From Octopus vulgaris (taxonomy: Eukaryota), in the NCBI GenBank assembly GCA_951406725.2, contig OX597839.1, positions 19,964,001 through 20,028,000 on the forward strand: 64,000 nucleotides of DNA, in the 5' to 3' direction. The translations under genes were made by a program, and so were the position numbers. Under the pieces are notes generated by a model that worked only from the letters and a program-made list of their open reading frames with translations, ran no database searches and was not told the DNA's origin. Positions within the stretch are counted from its first letter, which is position 1; the number at the start of each line of letters is the position of its first letter. Positions 25,680 to 39,312 of the stretch are shown piece by piece.

Positions 25680-26260
25680 TCCACCGCCACCGCCACCTCT
25701 ACCGGCACTACCACTGCCACTGACATTATCACCATCATCACCACCGACATTATCAGTACCACCACCCCCACCACCAACATTACCACCTCCACCACCACCA
25801 CGAAAACCACGAACACCACCACCACCACCTACAACAACAACAAACACTACCATCACCACTATCACTACCACCACCAGCAACACCAACACCGCCACCACTA
25901 CGAACACCACCACCACCAACACCGCCACCACCACCACCACCAACACTATGAACACCACAACAACAACCACAAACACTACCATCACCAACACCAACACCGC
26001 CACCACTACGAACACCACCACCACCAACACCACCACCACCATCACCACCACCAACACCACAAACACGACTACCACGAACACCATCACCACCACAACAACA
26101 AACACAACAAACACTACCATCACCACCACTACCACTACTACTACCACCATCACAACCACCATCACCACCGCCGCCACCACCACCACCGCCAACACTACTA
26201 CCACCAAAACCACCACCAACACTACTACCATCAAAACCAGCACCACCACCACCACCCCAA
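25680..26260. repeat. Degenerate (ACC)n repeat
   Basis: Direct reading of the sequence. Confidence 0.92.
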
Positions 26261-26370
26261 CACTACTGCTAACTCCAAAACTACCAACAGAGCTGGTATG
26301 GCGTTATCACAATCGCTCTTACTAATCGTACTTATTGATGTTACAAAACGGAGTCTGAGGCCATTCCTCT

Positions 26371-26404
<34 letters not shown>

Positions 26405-27036
26405 GCCTGTCCGCCTGCCTGCCTGCCTGCCTGGCTGTCCGCCTGCTTGTCTGCCTGGCTGTCTGTCTGTCTAAGAAAGCTATGAGCAGATCTAATAACA
26501 GCTAAGATAAATAAACGCCAGTAATTTAACAGTTGAAATACTCCCGACATCTTTAATAGTGGAGGTTTGATGGGAGGATGAAGGGGGGAGGATGAAGAGG
26601 GTGGCGGGGAGGACGAGCAAGAGTATGGTACGCTGGTGGGGGGGAGGTAGCAGCGGTTGTGTTGGTGGTGGTGATGGTGGTGGTGGTGGTGGGGTTAGTA
26701 GGGGGTCGGAGGGGGAGTGAGCGGACCACGACGAGGGTCGTAAAGGGGGGCGGGAAGAGTTGGCGGTACATGCCGTTTGTAAATGTGTTTGAGTGTGTGT
26801 GTGTGTGTGTATATGTGCGGGTGTATATGTGTGTGTGGAGGGCGGTGGGTTGGGTTGGGCTTGGGTTGGGTGCGGTCGGAGGGGCGGGTATTTGGGAGTG
26901 AGTATAGATATTAGTTGCAAGAGGCAAAAACTAATGCTGGGGGGAGGAGGGTCCGTGGGGTGAGGGGAGGCGAATTGTGAGTGTACTGAATGCATTGTGA
27001 TGGAAGAAAGAGGAAGACGAATAAGTGTATATATAC

Positions 27037-27072
<36 letters not shown>

Positions 27073-27074
27073 TC

Positions 27075-27108
<34 letters not shown>

Positions 27109-27240
27109 TACACACGCTTATATATATACTTATATATTAATTTATGTATAGATCTCATACATATATACTTACATACATACATATATATATATATGTATAT
27201 ATATGTATGTATGTAGGTAGGTAGGTATTTCCTCAAATTC

Positions 27241-27276
27241 CTTTCTGTTGAAGAGCGAAGGCTCGAAACGTAAAAG
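27241..27276 (+). ncRNA. Minimal hammerhead-like motif in a short element ending in (TA)n at ~27367
   Basis: cttt-CTGTTGA-a-gagc-gaag-gctc-GAAAC-GTA-aaag. Confidence 0.6.
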
Positions 27277-27363
27277 AGTTTTTCAGTTTTCCCGGGTGTC
27301 AAACTATTACACATGCTTGTTGTTCATACACCTGTCCTCATCTTTTGTTTTTGTGAACATTTC

Positions 27364-27401
<38 letters not shown>

Positions 27402-28151
27402 CAAATTAATAAATAAAACATGCATATATACATACATATATGTACGTACCTACCTCTATATATATGCATGCATATATGGGTATAGGACACCAAAAAAACG
27501 TCGAACACAATGAGAAACGGAAACATAAACACAAAACCAAGGAAATGGACATTTTTCTTAAACAACGAAAAGATAGACTACAGGACATACAACACAAGGA
27601 AAATTCCCCTCCTTCAGTCGCCTTTGTTTCATCTACTCCGCGTTATGAAGGTATATATTTATGTGTATATATATATGTACATATATGTACGAGCAAAATG
27701 CACCCCGTCCAATAGACGGTGCTGAGTTGTTAAACATTTAAACCAAATTTTCCCAAAACAACTTGTCCGACTGTCCCATAGGCGTCCCCTTTGAGAAACA
27801 CTGATTTAACCTAAATTTCAGACGTCAGCAAAAGAAGGAATAAAGATAGATTTTTTTTCTATTGAAAAGAAAAACCGAAGTTTATTATATACTCAGAGTA
27901 TATAATAAATATGATATATATATATACATATATATACATATATACATATCTATATATGTCTGTACATATATGCATATATATTGAAATATATCCATATATA
28001 TGTATATATATATATATATATATACACACAGATACAATATATATACATACATATACAATATATATATATATATACATATATATAATATATATGTATATAT
28101 ATATCTAAATATAAACATGTATATATATGTATATACATAAAAAATATATAT

Positions 28152-28258
<107 letters not shown>

Positions 28259-28577
28259 TACACATATACAGATTTTGATGACAAATAGAGACAAAATCAC
28301 ACAGAATTATAGACTTAGGTGCACTTAGACACAGACGTACGAACTGATGAACACACACACATACACACACGCACATATATGCACACACTTACATATAAAG
28401 GGGAGATATATATATATTTAAAGAAGAGCTTAATATATCCTGCTGTGATACACCGCCATTATTGGAATTAAATCAGTGATTCATAAACACACACATACAC
28501 AAACATATATATATAATGTATATATACATATACATACTTAATACATAGATATACATATGTATATATATATATACAGT

Positions 28578-28968
28578 CTCTCTTTTACTTGTTTCAGTCA
28601 TTTGACTGCGGCCATGCTGGAGCACCGCCTTTAGTCGAGCAAATCGACCCCGGAACTTATTCTTTTGTAAGCCCAGTACTTATTCTATCGGTCTCTTATG
28701 CCGAACCGCTAAGTGACGAGGATGTAAACACACCAGCATCGGTTGTCAAGCAATGCTAGGGGGACAAACACATACACATATATATATACACAGACACATA
28801 CATATATATATATATACATATATACGACAGGCTTCTTTCAGTTTCCGTCTACCAAATCCACTCACAAGGCATTGGTCGCCCGGGGCTATAGCCCAAGATG
28901 CCACGCAGTGGGACTGAACCCGGAAGCATGTAGTTGGTTAGCAAGCTACTTACCACACTGCCACTCCT
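28578..28968 (-). mobile_element. SINE family A
   Basis: Near full-length match with a small internal deletion. Confidence 0.9.
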
Positions 28969-29023
28969 ATAATGTATATATATATACATATACATAATAT
29001 ATATATATATATATATATACACC

Positions 29024-29090
<67 letters not shown>

Positions 29091-29341
29091 TATATATAAT
29101 ATATATGCATGCCTAGTGTTGCATAAGAATTTTACATGCTCTGGAAGTGAGTGTATGTAATAAATATACATGCATATACTTTCATACATATATGTATATC
29201 TACATCTATATCTATCTATCTATCATCTATTTATCTATATATCTATCTTTCTGCCTATGTATGTATGTATGTATGTATGTATGTATGTATGTATGTATGT
29301 ATCTATCTATCTATATAACAACCTATCTATCTGTCTATTTT

Positions 29342-30028
29342 ATGGACGGACGATAGTCACATCGGCTCGTAGTAAGTTTAGTTTTTATTGCCTTCAAAAG
29401 TTGTGTATTGTAGTTTATTCTTTATGTAAAAGTTGTCCAACAAATAAAGCATTCGGTTGTGCAAATTCTTTGCCCGGGAAACCTTCCCTGTGTGGCGTGT
29501 TTCCCGATTTTGTAGAATTTGCTTTCGGCTTTCTTAGCCACTTCTGTTTTGGCGACTTCAAGCCTTGAGGTCGTCGTCGAAAAGAACGCTGGCCTCCTTG
29601 ACAACGCTTACGACGTTGATTTCCCTACCCTGCCTTCCCCACAGCTTCATGAAGGAGGGAAAGAAGGGGAGGAGCGACACAGGTGCAGGTGCGAGCATTG
29701 GACGCCAACTCCGCCACCGACAAAAATTGGAAGAATCCAGACGACAGCTTCACAGTCAACCACTACTACGACGGACAACTCTGCCACAAACACCACCACC
29801 ATCACCACCACTACCGTCATCATGACCACCACCACCACCAGCACCGTCACCATGACCACCACCACCACAACTACCACGACCACCACCATCACCACCACCA
29901 CCACCACACCCACGACCACCACCATCACCACCAACACCAACACCACCACCCACACCATCACCACCACCACCACCATCACCACCAACACCACCACCACCAC
30001 CACCACCACCACCACCACCACCACCACC

Positions 30029-30059
<31 letters not shown>

Positions 30060-30598
30060 GCAACAATATCGTCGTTTTGCCGTCTACCATAATTGCCAAC
30101 AACAACACCACCACTACTACAACAACCCCAACCACTACAAGTGACACCAACACTACCACGAAAAGCAAATCCAATTTTGCACAAGCGTTAAAAATAAAAA
30201 AAAAGACAATACGAAACTTCAAAAGTTGTGTATTGTATTTTATTTTTTATGTAAAAGTTGTGCAACAACTAATAAATACATTCGGTTGTGCAAATTCTTT
30301 GCACGGAAATCCTTCCCTGTGTGGCGTGTTTCCCGATTTTGTAGAATTTGCTTTCGGCTTTCTTAGCCATTTCTGTTTTGGCGCTGGTCTCCTTGACAAC
30401 GCTTACGACGTTGATTTCCCTACCCTGCCTTCCCCACAGCTTCATGAAGGAGGGAAAGAAGGGGAGGAGCAACACAGGTGCAGGTGCGAGCATGGGCGCC
30501 AACTCCGCCACCGACAAGTCAAAGACTACGACGGACAACTCTGCCACGAACATCACGAATATCACCACCATAACCACCATGACCACGACCACGACCAC
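29342..30598 (+). mobile_element. Putative 5' UTR plus ORF1 N-terminus of a LINE, with an internal tandem duplication
   Basis: (L)ATSSLEVVVEKNAGLLDNAYDVDFPTLPS…Thr tract…KSNFAQALK carries DFPxL and SxAQAL motifs common in LINE ORF1 proteins. Segment 29392-29780 recurs at 30217-30590 with deletions. Confidence 0.4.
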
Positions 30599-30637
30599 AC
30601 ACACACACATATATATATATAATATATATATATATAT

Positions 30638-30856
30638 ACTCTTTATTCTTTTACTCTTTTACTTGTTTCAGTCATTTGACTGCGGCCATGCTGGAGCACC
30701 GCCTTTAGTCGAGCAACTCGACCCCGGGACTTATTCTTTTTGGAAGCCCAGTACTTATTCTATCGTTCTCTTTTGCCGAACCGCTAGGTGACGGAGACAT
30801 AAACATACCAGCATGGGTTGTCAAGCAATGCTAGAGAGACAAACACAGACACACAA

Positions 30857-30911
<55 letters not shown>

Positions 30912-31077
30912 TACGACAGGCTTCTTTCAGTTTCCGTCTACCAAATCCACTCACAAGGCTTTGGTCGGCCCGAGGCTATAGTAGAAGACACTTGCCCAAG
31001 GTGCCACGCAGTGGGACTGAACCCGGAACCATGTGGTTGGTAGACAAGCTACTTACCACACAGCCACTCCTGCGCCT
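30638..31077 (-). mobile_element. SINE family A, full-length
   Basis: Near-consensus copy inserted in (TA)n. Confidence 0.92.
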
Positions 31078-31078
31078 A

Positions 31079-31117
<39 letters not shown>

Positions 31118-31502
31118 CTAAAAATAAGGGTGTCTGAGAGACAGCACCATGCCGAAATAGCAGTCAAATCCCTGACTCTAAAAACCACCTTAAATGTTCA
31201 TATCGCACCATGAGATAAGACAGGACAAAATAGACTAGTAAAAAGATATTACTGAATAATTCAAGGTCCTGGATTTCTAGCTTTGCTTCAAATAAGCTCT
31301 GCCTTCATTAGTTGAATATATCAGATGGGCACATAAATACAAATATATATATACAGAACAAACGTTATACTTACATATAGGGACGTCTATACATACATAT
31401 ATATGCACGTATGTACAACGCCAGTTCAAATTGCCCGCCAAACACCTCATAAGTACGATATGGTCAAAATAAACACCGCAGTGAATATAGTGACGAATTA
31501 TA

Positions 31503-32309
31503 TCTCTTTCTCTATATATATAAACGGCAGTTTGTCTGTCTGTGTGTCTGTCAGGTTGTACCCTCACCCTGACCACGGCTTTCAACCGATTCTGATGAAA
31601 CTTGACACACACGTAGCCCAATGTCATAATTCAAAACTAACGCAGCGAAAATTTGGAAAAGTTCCCCCAGTTCTGAAAAACAATCGATAAATTCGACATG
31701 GGTCGAGAATCTAAGCTTTTTATATGCAACACATTTTCTACAGACTGTCTAGGGGACGCAACTCGACCTTTTTAACTCCTGGAACACGTGGGGTAAGTAT
31801 CCCAAAATGTATAAAAATGTACAAAAACGGCAAAAAAGCAGGCAGCAATGTGAGTGACAACAACGAAAAAGTCAAAAAGTGACCAAACTGAACAAACGAA
31901 TGGAAAAGGTTTTTTGGTGCACACGACAAAAGCGGTTTATAATAAACCAAGAGTTTGCAAGTAGCGTCCGAGGACCCTTATGGTACGTCAAAAATTTAAG
32001 GTAAAACGTTTGGAGTGGTATTTATAAAGAAAGTGTAAACAAAAAAAAGTATTCGAATAACTTGCGGCTGCAGCAGCTATTAGCAGAAGTGGCGGTGTTG
32101 GGGGTAAAGTCTCGAATGTAATTTTTTCCTGGCAGGAATTGGTTGGGTTGAATTATCGATAGCTGTTTGATAGTAATTTGGGAGTGAAGAGAAGACATTG
32201 CAACCTACACATGCGCATTCGTTCCCTGGAGGGAAAGGACTAGATTGGGATTAGTCGTTGCCTACTAGGGGCTCTTACATACCCGGGCAACGCCGAGCTA
32301 TGCTGCTAG
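31503..32309 (+). mobile_element. Non-autonomous Helitron
   Basis: 5' tc…tctatatatataaac followed by a (TGTC)-like tract and ccgattctgatgaaactt. 3' hairpin ccgggcaacgccga, then CTAG|T at 32306-32310. Confidence 0.75.
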
Positions 32310-32320
32310 TAGATTTATAA

Positions 32321-32414
32321 ATAAGGATAATATCGATATTTAAATATCGATTATTACCTTTGTATGGTATTTTTCCCCATGCTGGCCACTTGATAATATC
32401 GATATTATCCTTAT
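32321..32414. repeat. 94-bp unit with perfect 20-bp terminal inverted repeats and an internal palindrome
   Basis: ataaggataatatcgatatt … aatatcgatattatccttat; internal atcgatatttaaatatcgat. Also present at ~44713-44805. Confidence 0.85.
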
Positions 32415-32444
32415 ATATATATATATATATAAACAGTAAAAAAT

Positions 32445-32717
32445 AAATACAAACTGGGACAAGGACGTGAAACACCAAGGAGACGACACAAGAACCACAG
32501 GACGGGACATTCAAAGCCCTCAGTCATCAGTCAAGAACCAGATCATCTTCGCAATTTCGGCTGATTAATCTTGAGATTGCTCCGATCTGGGCAGCCCCAA
32601 GGGAAATCTAAGCCAAGCGCATTAGATCCCTTGAAAGAAAGCTTCGAATGTATACAACACAAGGACGGAAAACGCACGATGTACACGAATAAAAATACAG
32701 AATACGTGAAAACAAAT
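32445..32717 (-). mobile_element. Unclassified interspersed repeat family F in TA tracts (copies at 41495-41945, 44900-45108, 53535-53990, 62265-62730)
   Basis: Shared tcagtcaagaaccggatcatc…gcaatttcggctgattaatcttgagattgctcc…gccccaaggaaa. The minus strand has a CTGA(T/A)GA…GAATG motif. Confidence 0.7.
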
Positions 32718-32764
32718 ATATATATATATATATGTATATATATATGTATGTATGTATGTATGTA

Positions 32765-32800
<36 letters not shown>

Positions 32801-33281
32801 TGTATGTATGTATGTATGTATGTATGTATCTTAACCGTAAACTCTCAGTTTCTATTTCAACAGCAGTAATATATCCTAAACAACATCTATTGCTTATCCC
32901 TTTCTTATACGTTGTACATAAACCAACTTGTTTGTGTGTGTGTGTGTGTGTGTGTATCTGTATTTGCGTGCAAGAGTGTGCGTCTGCCCGACATTGTGAA
33001 TATAAATAACACCTCGGAAATCCTGCTGGATTTAAATTCCCTTTTAAGAAAATCAAAATATTTTGGGAACATTTTTGTTTGAAGATCTTTTATTAAAGAC
33101 TGTTCCTCCCGAAATGCATAGTTTCTATGCGCCGTCAGGGTTTTGGGGTTTAGAAGTTTGCTTTGCTGTCAAGTGATTTCGGTTTCAGTTCTACTTTGTG
33201 GCACCTGAGGCTAATGTCTTGTACTGTGACCTCAGGTCAACCAATGCTTTATTAATGTATTTGTTGAACGGAACCCGAGGT

Positions 33282-33685
33282 ATACCTATTTCTTTATTAC
33301 CCACAAGGGGCTAAACACAGAGGGAACAAACAAGGACAAACAAATGGATTATGTTGATTATATCGTCCCCAGTGCGTAACTGGTACTTAATTTATCGATC
33401 CCGAAAGGATGAAAGGCAAAGTCGACCTCGGCGGAATTTGAACTCAGAATGTAAAGTGAGACGAAATACCTATTTCTTTACTACCCACAAGGGGCTAAAC
33501 ACAGAGGGGGCAAACAAGGACAGGCAAACGGATTAAGTCGATTGCATCGACCCCAGTGCGTAACTGGTACTTAATTTATCGACCCCGAAAGGATGAAAGG
33601 CAAAGTCGACCTCGGCGGAATTTGAACTCAGAACGTAGCGGCAGACAAAATACATATTTCTTTACTACCCACAAGGGGCTAAACA
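33282..33685 (-). mobile_element. SINE family B head-to-tail multimer (about 2.2 units, ~185-bp period)
   Basis: Units start at ~33282, ~33467 and ~33651. Confidence 0.9.
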
Positions 33686-33711
33686 TATATATGTATGTAT
33701 ATGTGTATATA

Positions 33712-33912
33712 CACACGTGGGCTTGCTGAAAAGCAAACACAGGAGGATCAGTAAATTATGATTTTATTCAACATATTCCCCTCCCAGATTCACACACGTA
33801 TTACAGCGGGCTTTCAGCTTTTATAAGCCTTGTAAAAGAACTCTGACGGTTGGGCCTCCAGTCAGGCATTTCGCGACCCCCTTAAAGCCAGAAACTTTTC
33901 AGCACCTCCGCG
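33712..33912. mobile_element. Mariner-type MITE remnant (copy at ~46120-46322)
   Basis: Ends …tgctgaaaag and aaagccagaaacttttcagca… are imperfect inverted repeats resembling mariner TIRs. Confidence 0.55.
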
Positions 33913-33947
33913 CTCTCTCTCTCTCTCTCTCTCTCTCCCCTCTCTCT

Positions 33948-33999
<52 letters not shown>

Positions 34000-34007
34000 T
34001 ACATACA

Positions 34008-34089
<82 letters not shown>

Positions 34090-34162
34090 CATGTTGATTC
34101 GCTAGATTCTGCATGCATTCTTTTTCTCTCCTTGTTTCTTTCCGTGTCTCTTTTCTGTGTTT

Positions 34163-34198
34163 CTTTCTGTTGAAGAGCGTAGGCTCGAAACGTAAAAG
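34163..34198 (+). ncRNA. Minimal hammerhead-like motif in a short element (34090-34296) between TA tracts
   Basis: cttt-CTGTTGA-a-gagc-gtag-gctc-GAAAC-GTA-aaag; counterpart at 46568-46603. Confidence 0.6.
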
Positions 34199-34295
34199 AC
34201 TTGTTTTATTTATATTCCTGAGCGCCATACTAATACAATTGTTTGTTTGTATTCCACCTGCCTTCGTCTTTTGTTTATTTTCATAAAACTTCCCG

Positions 34296-34351
<56 letters not shown>

Positions 34352-34514
34352 TCAGGAAAGGCTGCGTGGTAAGTAGCTTGCTTACCAACCACATGGTTCT
34401 GGGTTCAGTCCCACTGCGTGGCACCTTCGGCAAGTGTCTTCTACTATAGCCTCGGGCCGACCAAAGCCTTGTGAGTGGATGATTTGGTTGACGGAAACTG
34501 AAAGAAGCCTGTCG

Positions 34515-34587
<73 letters not shown>

Positions 34588-34822
34588 ATGTGTGTGTGTG
34601 TGCATGTGTTTGTGTGTCTATGTTTGTCCTACCAATATCGCCTGACAACCGATGCTGGTGTGTTTACGTCCCCGTCACTTAGCGGTTCGGCTAAAGAAAT
34701 CGATATGATAAGTGCTAGGCTTACAAAGAACAAGTCCTGGGGATCGATTTGCTCGACTATAAGGCGGTGCTCCAGCATGGCCGTAGTCAAATGACTGAAA
34801 CGAGTAAGATAGTGAAGAGAGT
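34352..34822 (+). mobile_element. SINE family A (counterpart at 46751-47200)
   Basis: Full-length homology. Confidence 0.9.
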
Positions 34823-35491
34823 ATATATACTTATGCGTTCATGTGCATGCATGTGCGTGTATATATGTATATGTGTGTGTGTTCCTGTGTGTGTGTGCGT
34901 GTGTGTGTGTGTGTGTGTGCATCACCGATCTCGTGATGACCCGTCGGACTGATATTGACTTTCATTCACGTGATAACGTTTTGTGACCCTTTTTAATGTA
35001 ACGTTCGGAGCGGGGTTTTTTGCATTTTAATGTTCGCCTGCGTGTGCGATTCTTGATCCTTGTGTACAGTCTCTCTGCGTCATTGTGTACCTTGGCGTAT
35101 CTATGCGTGCGCGTCAGCATGCGTGTGTTTACGAAAATTAGGTTTCTAGGTCAATATTGGTGACCTTATTTCTTGCACCGAGCTTAGTGGGGTCAAAGTA
35201 TCGTACTTGTCTGTCTCTCTCTCTTAGAAAGTTTACGTGTATGTTACTAAAATGTCATTGCGTGTTTGCTACTGGAGATAGGAATGTGTATATGTAGCTA
35301 TATCTTCGTGTGTGCAGTAGTGTGTCGCTGGATTTCGAATGCAATGTGTGTGTTGTGTGTGGGAGGCGGCGGGGAGGAGTGGGAGTTTGTGTGTGAGCGT
35401 TTATGAATGCGTGTGTGTGTTTGTATGTGCGTGTGTTTGTTTGAACGGAGAGAGAACGATAGAAACACATCCATACAGCCACACAAATACG

Positions 35492-35526
<35 letters not shown>

Positions 35527-35632
35527 GTAAAGACATGTGCACCTAAGTATAATTCAACTTTTGTGTGGTAGTATATACATACTTGCATGTATATGTGTGT
35601 ATATATATATATATATGCATATACGTATGTGA

Positions 35633-35682
<50 letters not shown>

Positions 35683-35912
35683 GTATATATACATACACAC
35701 ACACACACGCGCGCATATATATATACATACACTATTTTCATAATATAGGTCATCCTCAGACAGTTATTAATACACCACCTTATTACAGTCGTACATGTAC
35801 ATCACTCAAACACTCACAAACATACAGGCAAACACACAAAAACACACACACACACACATACAAATGAACGTTAATATATAGATTCATATATATATATATG
35901 TATATATGTATG

Positions 35913-35955
<43 letters not shown>

Positions 35956-35981
35956 GTATATGTGTATATATATATATTTAT

Positions 35982-36040
<59 letters not shown>

Positions 36041-36713
36041 TATTCACGAATCCAGAAATTACTTCATTTTGATTACTCCTACAATTTAACAATATTTACA
36101 TACGAATGTACACACACACACACACACATGCACACACACACACACACACACACACACAGATAAATGTATACAATATACATAGCTCCAATATTTCTTCTAC
36201 ATGATTACCGGATTTTCTTTGGAAATCGTCTGCAGTCGAACGGTTTTCAAAGGCCCAAATTAGACCATTCTTTCGGCGCAATTGAGCGCACCCTTTGAAA
36301 AAGGCTCTCAACTGTGGTTTGTGTTTATTGCAGAGAATAACATAGAAAAGTATCTATAATCTTAATTCGATACACTTATAAGATATTCTGATCTCACGTG
36401 GGATAATTTACATATGAATGGCAGAATCGAAGTGTTATGTTGAAATCTCTCTGTACGTAATTATGTATGTTTACACACATACACACATACACAAACACAC
36501 ACACACACACACGCACACATACATACACTCTTACATACATACAGAAACGCACTATAATTAATTGTGTAGATTTGGTTTTGTGCTTTTCATTGTCCTCAAC
36601 AAAACATCCAAATATACTGTTTTATTCTTCTTCATTTGAAAATTAGCGTCTGTCCTAAAGCTGGTTTCAAATTATGTCACAAGGCCAGCGGGTGGGGGGA
36701 GTCGATTAGGTAC

Positions 36714-36763
<50 letters not shown>

Positions 36764-36945
36764 ATACTAAGTAATTAAGGGTTTAGCAACGAATTGTTCA
36801 CCAACACACCGAATTTAGAAATAGCAGTCAAAGAGATATAGCTATTCCTTCTACTAAAAGGGGGTGTTATATCTCTTTGACTGCTATTTCTAAATTCGGT
36901 GTGTTGGTGAGGCAATTCGTTGCTAAACCCTTAATTACTTAGTAT
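36764..36945. repeat. Long inverted repeat, ~77-bp arms and 27-nt loop (counterpart at 49146-49328 with perfect arms)
   Basis: atactaagtaattaagggtttagc…aaagagatata / tatatctcttt…cccttaattacttagtat. Confidence 0.95.
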
Positions 36946-37052
36946 TACTTAAATTTTCCTCGAATGGGGCTTTTACATGCCGAAATCTACTTGGTGTAAT
37001 TGATAATTATTCCAAATTAATTAATTTCACCCTTTATTATTACTGATATCTA

Positions 37053-37100
<48 letters not shown>

Positions 37101-37398
37101 ATAATAATAATAATAATGATAATAATAATAATAATAATAATAATATGGGGGAATATTATTCCAAACTTACAGGGAAAAATTCAGTTTAGAAATACTAAAT
37201 CAAATTTCACAAAATATAATATATATATATATATATATATAAATTATTTAATCAGTGTTATATGTTTTATCTTATATTTACGTGGACGTAAACACACCAG
37301 CATCAGTTGTCAAGCGATGTTGGGGGACAAATATAGACACACAAACATACACAAACACACACATACATACATATACATATGTATATGTATATACATCA

Positions 37399-37430
<32 letters not shown>

Positions 37431-37443
37431 ATATATATATTAT

Positions 37444-37503
<60 letters not shown>

Positions 37504-37809
37504 GACGGGCTTCTTTCAATTTCCTGGGCTTCAACGTAAACTATTCCCAAACAAGAAAACCCTTTAGTACGTCAAACAAAATGGTGCTTTTCAACGGGTC
37601 TTCCGAAATATTGTGTTTTAAGTTTGGAGCACGGCATATTTGCTTGTCTGTCTGTCAGATGAAGGACAAACGTGTGGAAGGATATAATTTTGATGGTTAA
37701 CTGGATGTATAACAAAAACGAAGTGATTTAATTGCTCCTACGACATAAAAGGTAAAACTATCTGTAACTTATTTTGAATTGAAAACGAATATCTTTTGCT
37801 GGTATATTC

Positions 37810-38152
37810 TCCTCTTTTACTCTGTTACTCTTTTACTTGTTTCAGTCATTTGACTGTGGCCATGCTGGAGCACCGCCTTTAGCCGAGCAAATCGACCGCA
37901 GGACTTACTTTTTGTAAGCCTAGTACTTATGTTGCAGGGACAAACACAGGTACACAAACATATACACACACATATATATACATATATACGAAGGGCTTCT
38001 TTCAGTTTCCGTCTACTAAATCCACTCACAAGGGTTTGGTCGGCCCGAGGCTATAGTAGAAGTCACTTTTCCCAAGATGCCATGCAGTGGGACTGAACAC
38101 GGAACCATGTGGTTCGTAAGCAAGGTGCTTACCACACAGCCACTCCTACACC
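37810..38152 (-). mobile_element. SINE family A with an internal deletion (counterpart at 50210-50552); partial copy also at 37280-37520
   Basis: Homology to the family consensus. Confidence 0.88.
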
Positions 38153-38511
38153 TTATTTTAGTCATGTTTTGTGAATGATTTTTATGATTTTGTATTTTAT
38201 AATTTTATATAACCTTACACTTAGGCAGCGCTGTTCGCTGCTCCTTCGTGAATTGACCAATTACAATTATATATATTAATATACACATGTGTGGAGGGTA
38301 TCTGTGTGTGTATGTATTGCTTTGAGATACATGGCACATTTTATAAACATGCCTGTTCGAGTATCATGATAGCATGAAATTATTAGTAGCTCTTTCAGTT
38401 GTTTATTTAATTTGATATGTGTATATAGTGGGGAGATATGATCACTTTTTCCTTTTCTTTCAAACATTTTCTTCTTCGCATATTCTTCCAACGTTTTCTC
38501 ATTGTTTTATA

Positions 38512-38545
38512 CCTTTGCTGAAAGACTAACATCCGAAACGTTAGG
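38512..38545 (+). ncRNA. Degenerate hammerhead-like motif (counterpart at 50911-50944)
   Basis: cct-TTGCTGA-a-aga-ctaaca-tcc-GAAAC-GTT-agg; lies ~80 nt before a (TA)n tract, like the other copies. Confidence 0.35.
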
Positions 38546-38619
38546 ACAACTATTTTAAGCGCTTTTCTAATATATTTGTTAAATCTTTTCCCTTTTGTTG
38601 TCTTGTATTTGTTCATTCT

Positions 38620-38836
<217 letters not shown>

Positions 38837-38988
38837 ATAAAGAACATTATTATTCATAAGAAATAATAATATTAGTGGCCGCAATCATAAAAACCGTATA
38901 GGCAAATTAATAACTATATATAAAATATATATAATTTAGGTACTAATGTACTAAGAAACAGAGGCTTTAAAATAGGATTTTTTTATGA

Positions 38989-39058
<70 letters not shown>

Positions 39059-39149
39059 CATATATATATATGTATATACATATATATATATGTATATACA
39101 TATACATATGTATATACATATACATATGTATATACATATATATATGTGT

Positions 39150-39180
<31 letters not shown>

Positions 39181-39213
39181 CACGTATATACATACATATA
39201 TACATACATACCC

Positions 39214-39311
<98 letters not shown>

Positions 39312-39312
<1 letters not shown>

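Noticed and set aside
31127-31173. Hammerhead-like aggg-tgt-CTGAGAGA-cagcaccatgcc-GAAA-tagcagtc-aaat-ccct
   Set aside because: The core has an extra base, stems II and III are mismatched, and gaaatagcagt occurs in other repeats here without any core, so it may be chance.
33282-33685. Regularly spaced repeats suggestive of a CRISPR array, or a hammerhead at the multimer junction
   Set aside because: Units are full tandem SINE copies without unique spacers, in eukaryotic DNA. The junction has GAAA and a hairpin but no CUGANGA core.
36096-36311. Non-repetitive minus-strand ORF RAFFKGCAQLRRKNGLIWAFEN…
   Set aside because: Short, with no pyrimidine-rich acceptor and no recognisable domain; its second occurrence is just the block duplication.
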